From: Octopus sinensis
Taxonomy: Eukaryota
Assembly (NCBI RefSeq): GCF_006345805.1
Contig: NC_043022.1
Coordinates: forward strand, 9,362,001 to 9,426,000
Reading direction: 5' to 3'
DNA length: 64,000 nucleotides
This document shows positions 1 through 13,240 of this stretch, piece after piece. Both the position numbers and the translations under genes were made by a program. How positions within the stretch are numbered: position 1 is the stretch's first letter; every line of letters starts with the position of its first letter. The notes below the pieces were generated by a model that saw only the letters and a list, made by a program, of their open reading frames with translations, made no database searches and had not been told where the DNA came from.

Positions 1-69
1 TACTACTACTTCTAATAACACCACTACTTATACAGCCACCTCTACCACCACCACCAACTACTACCATAC

Positions 70-105
<36 letters not shown>

Positions 106-400
106 CACCACTACAGATCTTTAATTTCACTGTTATTCACTTTGGTTGAATTTCATTCCCAACCTTCCAACTTTGTTATATTTATTTAATTTTTCTTTTT
201 TTAATCTTTTATAGTTTCTTTTTCTTTTCATAGCTTTTTTTTATTTTAAGGGGGCACTTTTTTTATTTCTGATTCCTCCCTTCCTCTCCCTTCTCCCCAC
301 CCTCTCACCCCTATTTTTCTCACACTTTGCCTACCTATCGAGTTTCAATTTGGCTGAGGTTCAAGGCTTTCTTTGCAGGGGCTGTGTGCCCTAGTCGTAG

Positions 401-432
<32 letters not shown>

Positions 433-934
433 GTATTCAAGCTAATTATTATAATTATCATCATCATCATCTTCTTCACTTTTTAATAACCATTTTAAGT
501 GTGTTAACGTGGGTTGGATAGATCTGCCGTGCAACTAAATTGCTACTGTTTTGGGCTCTTTCACCTGCCCACCCCCTCAAATTTGGAACTGCCTCACTAT
601 CTTGTTACATATTTGTTCTAAACAGCAACAGAGGCATCATTTATCCTTCTCCTCCTCATCATTATTTTTCATTATTTATCATCATCAACATCTCCATCTT
701 CAAGTTTATCTTTACATCCATCAACACCATCATCATCATCATCATCATATTCTTTATTTTCACCATCATTATCGTAATCATCTTAATCATAATCAACATT
801 ATCATATCATAATCATCATTATCACCAGAACCACCATTTTCATCTTCAACTTTATGTTTATATTCATTATTATCATCATCATCATCATCATTTTCAGCAT
901 CAGCATCATCATCTATTTTACTACATCAACATGG

Positions 935-1099
935 ACATCATTTACATATTGACGGATTTTGTCCTCATCTTGTTTGTTGTTAACACATCATTTCGGCTGA
1001 TATACCCTCCAGCCTTCATCAGGTGTCTTGGGGAAATCCGTCAAAATGTAAATAATGTAAACAATGTACATAATTCCTCATCTCTTAAATATAGAACTG
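935..1099 (-). mobile_element. Short Penelope-like (pLTR) insertion carrying a hammerhead motif, with 13-bp TSD
   Basis: Flanked by identical TACATCAACATGG at 922-934 and 1100-1112; internal inverted repeat 940-959/1034-1053; hammerhead core on - strand at 982-1027; diverged copy at ~32590-32720. Penelope assignment is inference. Confidence 0.65.
982..1027 (-). ncRNA. Minimal type I hammerhead ribozyme motif, stem III degenerate
   Basis: GACAC-CTGATGA-A-GGCTG(10 nt)CAGCC-GAA-ATGAT-GTGTT: stem I GACAC/GTGTT, core and stem II present; stem III and the cleavage triplet are mutated. Confidence 0.6.
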
Positions 1100-2200
1100 T
1101 ACATCAACATGGGTTTGATAGATCTGTAATAAAGAGTTAGATCTTCTCTAATAATCATTCTTTTCAGTCCACTCAGCTAGCAAAAAAAAACAAATGAGTA
1201 ATCCTGCAAAGGGCTGGCTTCCCATCTAGGTGGTGAGTACATATTCGCCATGGAAACCAGAAAACTGGCCCTTATGAGTTGGTATGGCCTGAGGAGGAAA
1301 ATTTTACTTGTTTTACATTGTTTCTCACGTCTATCATAAATTGTCATTCTAAAAATATACAGTGAGATACTGTGAATAAATAAACATACTTAACAGAATA
1401 ATCTGAAAGCTGAAGGTTTCAAGGGTCGTGGACACACTGATTGTTAAATAGGGCTGGGGGTCAACTCAATCAGAATTGTATATGTATGTGTGTGAGTGTA
1501 TGTATGTGTATATATATATATATATATCATCATCATCATCGTTTAACGTCTGTTTTCCGCGCTAGCACGGGTTGGACAGTTCGACCGGGGTCTGGGGAGA
1601 CAGGGGCTGCACCAGGCTCCAGTCTGGTCTGGCAGTGTTTCTACAGCTGGATGCCCTTCCTAACGCCAACCACTCCGCAAGTGTAGTGGGTGCTTTTTAC
1701 GTGCCACCTGCACAGGTGCCAGAGGGGTCTGGCATAGGCCACGATCATATATCATCATCATTTAATATTTGTTTTCCATGGTGGCTGGCATGGGTTTCAC
1801 GATTTGACAGGAGCTGGGAAGCCAGAGAGCTGCACTAGGCCCCAATCAACTGTTTTGGCTCAGTTTAAGATGCCCTTCCTAATGCCAGCCACTCTACAGA
1901 GTGTACTGGGTGTCTTTTACCTGTCACTTGCACAGGTGCCCCTTATGTGTCACCCGTGTCACCCACTTGCTTGTTGGACCAAACTTCTGAGTTCTATTAC
2001 AGGGTTTAGTAAAACTGAAGGACTGTTGCGATAAGTGTGTGAATCTGGGAGGGGAATATGTTGAATAAAATCATAATTAACTGATCCTCCTGTATTTTCT
2101 TTTACCCAAAGCTAGAAACTTTACAGCATCCCTCCTCATATGTATGTATGTGTATGTATACACGAGGGGATGCTGAAAAGTTCCTGGTTTTATATATATG

Positions 2201-2237
<37 letters not shown>

Positions 2238-2847
2238 GAGGGGATGCTGAAAAGTTATAGAGAAAGGCCTGGTTGGAGGCCCAACCTTCTGAGATCTTTT
2301 TACTGGGCTTACAAAAACTGAAGGACCACTGCAATAAGTGAGTGAATCTGAGAGGAGAATATGTTTTCAGCATCCCCTCATATATATATATATATATGAC
2401 CAGCTTCTGCCAGTTTCCATCTACCAAATCCATTCACACGGCTTTGGTCTGTTTGAGGCTATAGCAGAAATGCCACACAATGGGATTGAACCCGGAACCA
2501 TGTGGTTAGGAAGCAAACTCCTTACCACACGGCCACACCTGCACCTGTTAGCTTTTTATTTATTTATCTACTACAGTTTACTTTCTCTTTTTATTTTCAG
2601 TTTTCCTCTCTTTTCTTTCAGTTCCTGCCTTAACGCCCCTACCCCCCACAAAACAGCACCACCTTACAACCATTAACCCCGCCCCCGGCACACACACACA
2701 CACACACATACACAGCCATCTCCCTCACCGCCACCACCTTTTCCCCATTCTGGTTTTTACTGTAATATTTCTATTAACATCATGATGGAAATATAATCGC
2801 CATAATTAGAACAAATTTGGTTAGGATTATAGGTTGTTGGTGGGTAA

Positions 2848-2887
<40 letters not shown>

Positions 2888-3916
2888 TGTTTATGTATTT
2901 GTGTGCGCATCTCAGTTCTATGTACATATGTCTATATCTCTGTGTGTTCATGTATTGGTGTGTACACCTGGTTTTTGTGTAAGTGCATGTGTATGTGTTT
3001 ATATTTTGGTGTGTGTAGCTCATTTCTGTGTGCATGCGTGTGTACTGGTATGTGCATCTTATTTCTGTATATGTGTGTGTGTGTTTATATATGTGTGTGT
3101 ATGTGTTTATATACACAAACACACATACACGTGTGTGTGTGTGTGTGTGTGTGTTTTGGCATATGTTAATACATGTGTTTGGGAATTTGCTTGTGCATGT
3201 ATCCGATATTGGTGTTCATGCATTTGTAGATATTCAAGTTGGTCTCTGTTAACATGTGGTTATGCATTTGATTGGACATGTGTCGGAGGTGATAGCGATG
3301 GTGGTGGTGTTGATGTTGATGGAGGATATGCCAATGCATAAGGTTTGTGAGTGTTGTGTATCTTGTATATGTATATGTGGTTAGAGTGTGTGAATGCAAA
3401 TATAAGGTTGTCCCAAAAGTTCGAAGAAAGTCTTGGAAAATAATGGTCTTTATTTTGAGGAATAATTTTTGTTGTTTTTGTTAGTACTTGGCGAGTAAAA
3501 ATTCAATTTTCACAAGTGTTTACGAACTTTTGGGACAACCTAATAGATATACATATATATCTATTTGTGAAAGCGCATGGCTTAGTGGTCAGGGGCATTC
3601 GGCTCATAAGGGTTGGCCTTGTCACACTCTGTGTCACGCTGAATCTCCTTGAGAACTATGTTAGGGGTACACGTGTCTGTAGATTGCTCAGTAACTTGCA
3701 GGTTAATTTCACGAGCTGGCTGTTCCGTTGATCATATCAGCTGGGACCCTTGTTGTCATAACCGACGGAGTGCTCCTACTCCAATATATATATATACTCC
3801 TGCACCTTTTATTTATATGTTTTTATTTAATTGATTTATAATATGTTAATTATAATTTGGAAGATTACTAATTTGATTTCCCAATTAAATGTCATTTTTT
3901 TCCTATCATGTTGCAG

Positions 3917-4029
3917 CAGCTGCCCCAGTGGTCTGACTTCATATATTGCACGTTGCGCCTGTGATGAGATGCTAAAGAAAGACCTTAGTCATTTGTATAG
4001 GATCCCCACAGAAAATAACAAACCTCAGG
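3917..4029 (+). CDS. PPM1E: PPM1E/PPM1F-type phosphatase, internal coding exon (N-terminal region)
   Basis: Pyrimidine tract plus TGCAGCAG acceptor (start 3917 or 3920), GTAAGT donor at 4030. SCPSGLTSYIARCACDEMLKKDLS resembles human PPM1E [23 protein letters not shown] (recalled). Phase-1 end joins exon 23731 in frame. Confidence 0.85.
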
Positions 4030-4368
4030 GTAAGTCTGCTTCTTCCTCATATCTACTCTCCCTCTTCTTAACAATAATCTTATTACTGTTTTATTAATAT
4101 AAAGGCACATAGCTTGGTGGTTAGGGTGTGCACTCGTGATTGCAAGATTCATCATCATCATCATTTAACGTCCATTGTCCATGCTTGCATGGGTTCGATG
4201 GTTTGACCAGAGCTGACAAGCTGGGGAGCTGCACCAGGCTCCAGTCTGATTTAGCATGGTTTCTACAGCTGGATGCCCTTCTTAACACCAACACTTTACA
4301 GAGTGTGCTTGTTGGTTGCACTTTAATTTCTGACTTGTATGGAGGTCTCTTGCATGTTTCCAACATTA

Positions 4369-4586
4369 CAAGGGGATGCTGGAAAGTTCCTGGCTTTAAG
4401 GGTCTAGCGAAAGGTATGGTTGGAGGTCCAACCCTCCAAGTTCTTTTACAGGGCTGCGAAAAACTGATTGGACTGCTGCAATAAGTGTGTGAATCTGGGA
4501 AGGGAATATGTTGAATAAATTCATAATTAACTGATCCTCCTGTATTTTCTTTTACCCAAAGCAAGGAACTTTTCAGCACCCCCTCA
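4369..4586. mobile_element. Mariner-derived MITE
   Basis: Terminal inverted repeats CAAGGGGATGCTGGAAAGTTCC / GGAACTTTTCAGCACCCCCTCA, TA at left end; related copies at ~2000-2140 and ~2237-2380. Confidence 0.65.
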
Positions 4587-4922
4587 TTTAAGAGAGAGGC
4601 ACTTGTTCTTTGTGTGGTATAGATGCCAAAGCATGGCCATATTCAAGCTAGTCATCCAAACATAGATATAGATCAACTCAAGAGAGTCACTGGATACCTC
4701 TCTGAAGAATTTCCTCAACTAATGCAAGACCAAGATGTGTGACTTGTGGATTGAAAATGTCTGAGCAAGTTCAACCAGATGACGATGACCGATATATAGG
4801 GCAATTCAGAAATCCTTTTAGCATTTAAATGTCATATAAAATCTTTGCTTTTATATTGTTACAATTTTGTCATTATATACTTTCAATACTATTTTTAATA
4901 CTATTGAACACTCTCTCTCTCT

Positions 4923-5138
4923 CTTTACTCTTTTACTCTTTTACTTGTTTCAGTCATTTGACTGCGGCCATGCTGGAGCACCGCCTTTAATTGAGCAACT
5001 CGACCCCGGGACTTATTCTTTTGTAAGCCCAGTACTTATTCTATCGGTCTCTTTTGCCGAACTGCTAAGTAACAGGGACATAAACACACCAGCATCAGTT
5101 GTCAAGCAATGCTAGGGGGAAAAAACACAGACACACAA

Positions 5139-5193
<55 letters not shown>

Positions 5194-5358
5194 TATGACG
5201 GGCTTCTTTCAGTTTCCGTCTACCAAATCCACTCATAAGGCTTTGGTCGGCCCGAGGCTATAGTAGAAGACACTTGCCGAAGGTGCCACGCAGTGGGACT
5301 GAACCCGGAACCATGTGGTTGGTAAACAAGCTACTTACCACACAGCCACTCCTGCGCC
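4923..5358 (-). mobile_element. tRNA-derived SINE family A (most abundant family), full-length copy
   Basis: Head GGCGCAGGAGTGGCTGTGTGG (A box) and GGTTCAGTCCC (B box), internal (TA)n/(TG)n, tail GACTGAAACAAGTAAAAGAG. Other copies at about 8622-8980, 13239-13642, 13655-13982, 15737-16154, 17275-17678, 25171-25560, 33197-33570, 38349-38738, 45430-45876, 50875-51248, 52674-53047, 62151-62576, 63651-64000. Confidence 0.9.
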
Positions 5359-5944
5359 TAAATTTTTTGTGAATATTTTCTGATACATGTTGTTATTATA
5401 ATTTGTTTTCCAATGTTAGAATTCAAAGTAAATAAATTTATAAAGCATTTTTGATAGAAAATGTCGAAAACTCCCTGTGTTTTAAATATTTTAAAGAAAA
5501 TGCTATCAAAATAAAGGGTACAGTCATTGTCCTAAAAATGGCAATTCACTGTAAATGTAACTGTAGTCAAAATTCATGGTGTGGGGCTCAGAAACACAAT
5601 ATGTTGACCCCTAACATTTAAACGTAAACCAATATGTGCTTGATAAATACTGATCGACACAGACATTTGCATTACCCCCTTTATCCTCCTCTCCCATTCA
5701 CCAATCCTCTTGTCCTTGTTTCTTCCTCCATCGCCTCTATTCGCATCTACCTTGGCCTTGCCTCCTCATCCCAGTTACTTTTATCCTTCCTCTGCACATG
5801 ACTCAGTCATTTCATCCCATTTCTCTTAACATCCACTCTTAGTTCTATTTACCATCATCCTCTGCAACAGTTTCTCTTTGTTATTCTCATACCTGTTAAG
5901 TCATATAAAGCTAGTATTTGGAACAAGATTTTTATATAAATGGA

Positions 5945-6300
5945 TGGAAGCACTCCGTCGGTTACGACGACGAGGGTTCCGGTTGATCCGATCAACGGAA
6001 CAGCCTGCTCGTGAAATTAACGTGTAAGTGGCTGAGCACTCCACAGACACGTGTACCCTTAACACAGTTCTTGGGGATATTCAGCGTGACAAGGCCGGCC
6101 CTTTGAAATACAGGTACAACAGAAACAGGAAGTAAGAGTGAGAGAAAGTTGTGGTGAAAGAGTACAGCAGGGATCACCACCATCCCTGCCGGAGCCTCGT
6201 GGAGCTTTAGGTGTTTTCACTCAATAAACACTCACAACACCCGGTCTGAGAATCGAAACCGCGAGTCCGCTGCCCTAACCACTGGGCCATTGCGCCTCCA
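5945..6300 (-). mobile_element. tRNA-derived SINE family C
   Basis: Head TGGAGGCGCAATGGCCCAGTGGTTAGGGCAGCGGACTCGCGG with A/B-box-like motifs; related copies at ~26395-26700 and ~60560-60815. Confidence 0.75.
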
Positions 6301-6816
6301 CTTTTATATAAATCAAACTACTATGATTGGAAGTTTTAATTTATATATACATGGAAACATAGTTGTGGCGATGATGATGGTGGAGAGAGAAGCATTGTAT
6401 AATGTGACCTAGGACGGCGAACTGGCAGAAACGTTAGCATGCCGGGCGAAATGCGTAGCTGTATTTCGTCTGGCATTACGTTCTGAGTTCAAATTCCGCC
6501 GAGGTCGACTTTACCTTTCATCCTTTCGGGGTCGATTAAATAAGTACCAGTCAATCACTGGGGTCGATATAATCTACTTAATCCTCTTGTCTGTCCCCTC
6601 TGTGTTTAGCCCCCTGTGGGCAATAAAAAAATGTTTTTGTGCATTCAGAAACCTTGCCATTATGGGCATTCCTTGATATAAAAAAAAAAGCAGAAAAAAA
6701 ACAATGAAGAGATGGGTGGTCAAGATACCCTGTTATAAGCCTACTGCAGCTTTATCTAAAGGTATTCTGCCTAATAATAGTAAAGTGTTAACATACCTTG
6801 ATATTGAGAACCCTTC

Positions 6817-7125
6817 TCAAAAGGTGTGCACAGATATATAGGCAGAATAGTTAGTAGAGGTTCGTTTTCCATGGGTCTGCCAATGAGATTTGAGCCCAGC
6901 AAAAGAAAGGCATGGTCTGTCACAAACAGTATGCACAAAAAGGTCGTTGTGATTCACTTTCTTGATCGTAATATTCTTCTTTCGATATTTCTTGAGTTTT
7001 CCATGCGTTATCCTGGCCTCTTCAAATACTTTCACTACACTCCACACTTTTGTTCACCATCCAGCTCAATCTGAAGCAAGAGTTTCTATGTCCTCTGGAT
7101 CCGTTCCAAGTGACTTCATGGTAGT
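6817..7125 (-). mobile_element. 5'-truncated RTE-clade LINE, degenerate ORF C-terminus
   Basis: ...VKVFEEARITH...CDRPCLSFAGLKSHWQTH resembles the terminal zinc-finger-like motif of RTE ORFs; in-frame stops upstream. Confidence 0.65.
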
Positions 7126-8568
7126 CCTTATACATACACACACACATGCACACACACACAATCATCCTCATCATCGTTTAATGTCCGTTCTCCATGCTAG
7201 CATGGGTTGGACAGTTCGACCAGGGGTCTGGGAAGCCAGAAGGCTGCAACAGGCTCCAGTCTGATCTGGCAGTGTTTCTACAGCTGGATGCCCTTCCTAA
7301 CGCCAACCACTCCGTGAGTGTAGTGGGTGCTTTTTACGTGCCACCGGCACAGGTTCCAGGTGAGGCTAGCAACGGCCACGGTCGGATTGGTGCTTTTTAC
7401 GTGCCACTGGCACGGAAGCCAGTCAAGGCGACGCTGGCATCGGCCACGTTCGGATGGTGCTTTTTACGTGCCACCGGCACTAGTTTTTGTTTACCAACTC
7501 CACTCAGAACGCTTTGGTCAGCCCAAGGCTATAGCAGGAGACACTTGCCGAAGGTGCCATACAGTGGGAGTGAACCCCAGAACCACATGGTTGGTAAGCA
7601 AACTGTGCCAATATAAGCTGGTGTTTGAAACAAAAATAAACATGAATTTTTAATACAAGTTTCTATCACAGAGCCAAGGGCAGTTTTAGGCAGAATGGTA
7701 TCTAAGAGGGTTAAGATTACACTGGAGCTGAAGGACAAAGGAAATTGTCTAAAACTACCCTCCAGAGTTCAATCAACCAATTTATCAATGAAAATAATAA
7801 ATGCATTAATGTCATACAAAAAAAAAAAAGATCAATTCCATTAACTAAACATACCCTTTCCCTCCCACTGCAGAGCGTGGTCTTGCTTGTGCTTGACTCA
7901 AAAGAAATAAGTAGTTCTGTCTGTATGCTTTTAGATGTTAATGTGTTTGAAGTTGTTGATACATGCTTTGTAGTGGTGTATTGAATTGCATGTATGATGA
8001 GTGGCAAGGTAGGTAGGCAGGTAGGAAGGAAGGTAGGTAGGTAGGTTGGTAGAATTTTTGAATAGCTGTTGGTACCTGCAATTGATCCTGTATAATGAAT
8101 GGTCTGTCAGCTGCAGACTGGCTAAGCAAATTAGTCAGACTGCTGATGAACATGGAAAGGCACCATTAATGAGGAACATAGGCATGTTTGACTTCATATA
8201 GAGTATTATATTTGCAGTATTCATAGGCACATACATACTCTATCACACACACGTATAAGCACGTGGACTCATGTTATCTTTATCGTCTTGTACACGTGTA
8301 ACTCTGTGAATATAAATGTACAAACAGTTGTATTTGTGTGTGTGCTACATAAATATATATATATATAAAAAAAATTATATATATATTGTATATTATATTA
8401 ATTATATTTATATTATTTGTTATTTATGTATTGGTTTATGTCTATCACTGTTTGAGTTGCCTAATAGTGGTTTTATCTTTAATTCATATTTTATATATTT
8501 ATACTGTGAAATTTGATTTAATAATAAATCTAATTTTTCCCTGTAAATTTGGAGCCATACTCCCTAAT

Positions 8569-8624
<56 letters not shown>

Positions 8625-9476
8625 AGTGACTGTGTGATAAGTAGCTTGCTTACCAACCACATGGTTCTGGGTTCAGCCCCACTGCATGGCACCTTGGGCA
8701 AGTGTCTTCTACTATAGCATCGGGCCGACCAAAGCCTTGTGAGTGGATTTGGTAGATGGAAACTGAAAGAAGCCCGTCGTATATATTTATGTGTTTGTGG
8801 GTCTGTGTTTGTCTCCCCATCATCACTTGACAACCAATGTTGGTGTGTTTGCGTCCCCATAACTTAGCAGTTCAGCTAAAAGTACTAGGCTTACAAAGAA
8901 TAAGTCGTGGGGTTGATTTATTCAACTAAAGGTGGTGCTCCAGCATGGCTGCAGTCAAATGACTGAAACAAATAAAAGAATATATATATAGAGAAGGCTT
9001 GTGGGCATGGCTGTTGGTACTCATGATTGCTAGATCATGCATTCAATTCTCAGATTGGGCAACTTGTTCTGTTCTTGAGCAAATCACTTCATTTCACATT
9101 GCTCCAGTAACCCTTTTCAATCAGGTGGGGGTGGAAGAGAAATGTTGGCCTGTTTGCCTAGCCAGTGTCATGGTCTCATTTGAAAGATAAAACAATGCAA
9201 AGTGCATTGTGACCAGCAGTGTGTAACAATATCTGATAGTCTGGTCAGTCGTGTGATCACGTATATTCTTGCATTCTTTAAATGTTTCAGTCATTTGATT
9301 GCAGCCATGCTGGAGCACCACCTTAAAGGGTTTTAGTTGAAGAAATCAACCCTGGGACTTATTTTTTGTAAGCCTAGTACTTATTCGATTACTGTCTTTT
9401 GTCAAACTGCCAAGGTATGGGGGACATAAACACACCAGCATAAGTTGTCAAAGACACACACACATGAATATATATA

Positions 9477-9556
<80 letters not shown>

Positions 9557-9983
9557 ACAGACCAATAGATTGATAGGTAGGTAGGTAGATAGATAGATAG
9601 ATAGGTAGGTAGATAGATAGATAGATAGGTAGGTAGATAGATAGATAGATAGATAGGTAGGTAGGTAGGTAGATAGATAGATATGCATGCATGCATATAG
9701 TACCACGCTATGAAATGATGAGAAATTGCCTGATCAACACCAACATTTTATCTACCCTACCACGTGCAGTATCCAATGTAAACTGATGTCGCTGAATATA
9801 TATAATATATATGTATTATATATATATATATATATAATACGCACACATACATGTGTATATTAACACAATATGTGCATCAAAGCATAGCAATGCAAGTTTA
9901 TAATTTATAAAATTCTAATTTACACACAGACATTCTTGTCTCAGTGTTTTACTTCATAAATTCTTTCTTATTTTTCAAAATAG

Positions 9984-10016
<33 letters not shown>

Positions 10017-10393
10017 TCATGTGTAGTTTAATGTTTATCAATCTACCCAATTTGTTATGCCAAGTTGATCTTCAATACATCAATCAAGACCATCCGGCTT
10101 CAAAAGATGTTTCATCTTTCTACTGTGACAGCCAACCTATTGCCGTTTCCGATACGCACACATACAAGCACGCGTACTCTGACATTGGACTCTGCTCTCT
10201 GACTGAGCCAAGTTCAGCAAGCACTGAATTTCACCAATTATTCAAGACATTGCTTTGGCTGCCGTTGCTGCTGATGCTGCTGCAGCGAAGCACACCAACA
10301 GCAGCAGCAGCAGTCGTTCTACTACCACACATTGATTGCCAAGTGCTGTCTTGCTATGTTAATAAACTAACAATATTCTAATATTCCAATATC

Positions 10394-10432
<39 letters not shown>

Positions 10433-10793
10433 CTCTGCTGACTTTGATGACGAGAACTCTTGTCTTATATGTTTGCTGCCATATTTTCCCTTGCTTACTC
10501 TTCCCTGCCCACCCACCTTTCTCTCTCTCTCTCTCTTTCTCTCTCTCCTTCTCTCTCTCTCCTTCTCTCTCACACACATTCATCCACTCTGTCTCACACA
10601 TTTTTTTTCAATATGCAAAATGTAAACATCTATGTTTATGTAAATACATGCATGCATATGCACATTACACATGCAAATATCCATATATGTATATGTGCAT
10701 ACATGTATGTATGGGTTTGGTGATGCAAACAGGAAAAATAGAACTTAAAACATGTGTAAATACATACATACATATATATGTAATATGTATATG

Positions 10794-10853
<60 letters not shown>

Positions 10854-10946
10854 ATATATACTTTTTATTAAAATTTGCTAAGTGCTAATCCACGAAACTC
10901 TTGTCCCTTGGGTCACTCTGTTGCTTCTGCTAAATATTAACAATAT

Positions 10947-10996
<50 letters not shown>

Positions 10997-11164
10997 ATAT
11001 ATATACATACATACATACATATATACACATACATATAATGCAAGTATGTGTGTGTGTATATCTATCTATTTATATACATATATATACGCACACATGTATG
11101 TGTATAAGTATCTATAAATATATAAATGTATAAATATATATATATGTATAAGTATCTATAAGTG

Positions 11165-11201
<37 letters not shown>

Positions 11202-11599
11202 TATGTATACACGTGTGTGTGTGTATACACATGCAAACACACCATAAGCTAATGTAGGAAACAAATATCTCCTACACACACACATACACACACAAACGTG
11301 TATACACAGACACACTAAAGTGCCCTTGTGCATTTGTTATACATGCATAACTTTTTGTTGTTTCTCTCATCCATCCATTCACCCACCCCAACACTTGGTG
11401 AGTTCGACTTTACCTTTCATCTATGTAGGGGTCGATATAATAAGTACCAATAAAATACAAAGTGGGGTGACGGTGGTGGTGGTGGTGGTGGCATAAGTGC
11501 AGCAGCTGTGAGAATTGTGTTGGGTATTACCCTTCTCCCATAAAAAAAATATTGGTTTTGTGCCGCCTTCATCAAAAACCTTTGTTGTTGTTGCTGGTT

Positions 11600-12290
11600 G
11601 TTGGTGGTGGTGCTGCTGGTGATGATGATGATGGTCGTGGCAGTGAAAATGATGGTGATAATGATGTAGTTTTGGTAGTAGTGTTGGTGGTGTGGTGCTT
11701 TCGGTGGTGGCGACGGTGGTCTTGGTAGTTGCATTATTTATGTTGGTGGTGGCAGTAGCAGTGCTGGTGGTAGTGTTGGTGGTGGTGGTTGTTGAGGTAG
11801 TTGCGGTGTGTGTGTGGTGGTGGTGGAGGTGGTGGCGGCGGCGGTAGTGGTGGTGGAAGCAGCGGTGGAGGTAGTTGCTGTGTTTATGTTGGTGGTGGTG
11901 GTAGAAGTGGTAGCAGTGCTGGTCATAGTGTTGGTGGTGATGGTTGTTTTGGTACTTGCAGTGTGTGTGGTGGTAGTGGTGGTGGCAGCGGCAACAGCAG
12001 TGGTGGTAGTTGCAGTGTTTATATTGGTAGTTGGTGGCAGTGGCAGCAGTGCTGGTGGTAGTGTTGGTGGTGATGGTTCTTTTGGTAGTTGCAGTGTGTG
12101 TGGTGGTGGCAGTGGTACGGTGGTGATGCTCTTGGTCGGTTGTGGTCTATGCATGTTGGTAATGCTGCTGTTACTGTTGATGATGGTGATGGTGGTGGTC
12201 ATGTTGGTAGTGCTGCTGCAGATGATGATTGCTGTCGTTGTTGGTGGTTTTGGTAGTTTCCTGCTAGTAGTGATGGTGGTGGTAGTGACA
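11600..12290. repeat. (GGT/GGTAGT)n low-complexity tract with higher-order repeats
   Basis: Recurrent GGTAGTTGCAGTGTGTGTGGTGG units; source of the spurious poly-V/poly-T ORFs. Confidence 0.85.
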
Positions 12291-12294
12291 GTAA

Positions 12295-12529
12295 AAGGCG
12301 GCGAGCTGGCAGAGTCGTTAGCACGGCGGGCGAAATGCGTAGCCGTATTTCGTCTGTCGCTACGTTCCGAGTTCAAATTCCGCCGAGGTCGACTTTGCCT
12401 TTCATCCTTTCGGGGTCGATTAAATAAGTACCAGTTACGCACTGGGGTCGATATATAATCGATTTAATCCCTTTGTCTGTCCTTGTTTGTCCCCTCTGTG
12501 TTTAGCCCCTTGTGGGTAGTAAAGAAATA
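12295..12529 (+). mobile_element. tRNA-derived SINE family B, copy with 14-bp TSD
   Basis: GGCGGCGAGCTGGCAGA head, GAGTTCAAATTCC B box, central GCCTTTCATCCTTTCGGGGTCGA; TSD GGTAGTGACAGTAA at 12281-12294 and 12530-12543. Other copies at ~6413-6630, ~22255-22460, ~37030-37680. Confidence 0.85.
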
Positions 12530-13179
12530 GGTAGTGACAGTAATGGCAGCAGTGATGGCAGCAGTGATGATGCTACTTATATTGTTTTTAGAGGAAGAGG
12601 AGGAGGAGGAGGAGGAAGAGGAGGTGTGGCTATAACAGTTAAACAACAGATCAAATAATTCATATTTTTGTTATTTGATCTTTTATTTTCCTTGTTTTTC
12701 TTTTTGCTACCCCTTTGTCTAAAATTCCACTGGGAGAGATTCATTGGGGTTCACTTTTGCCTATGGCCCCTCTAATAGAGCAGGACTCAATAAATTGATG
12801 CTGGTTGTTATTATTGTTGTTTAACCCCAGGCTAGTTTCAATCAAACAAACCCATAATGACCTTTATCTCTTGCTCCGCCTGTCCCCTTTTTTTTCTTTA
12901 TTGAGCTATATATCTTTTAGCATTTAGTTTTTGTTTCAATCATTGTGCTGTGCCCATGCTGGAGCACAGCCTAGAAGGGTTTTAGTTAAACAAATCACCT
13001 CTTGTACTTAGGTTGCTTTTTTTGTTTCTTTTCTTAATCTGGTACATACTCTGATGATCTCTCTTGCCAAACAGCTAAGTTATGGGGATGTAAACAAACC
13101 AACACCAGTTGATACACAGTGGCAGAGTGTGGTTGACAAACAGAGACACAAAGATAGACATATGTGTGTGTTTGTGTAT

Positions 13180-13240
<61 letters not shown>

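Noticed and set aside
11738-12458. Long ORFs of 234 and 216 aa, and many YI/CV/HT-rich ORFs elsewhere
   Set aside because: Translations of simple repeats and SINEs, with no domain or splice support.
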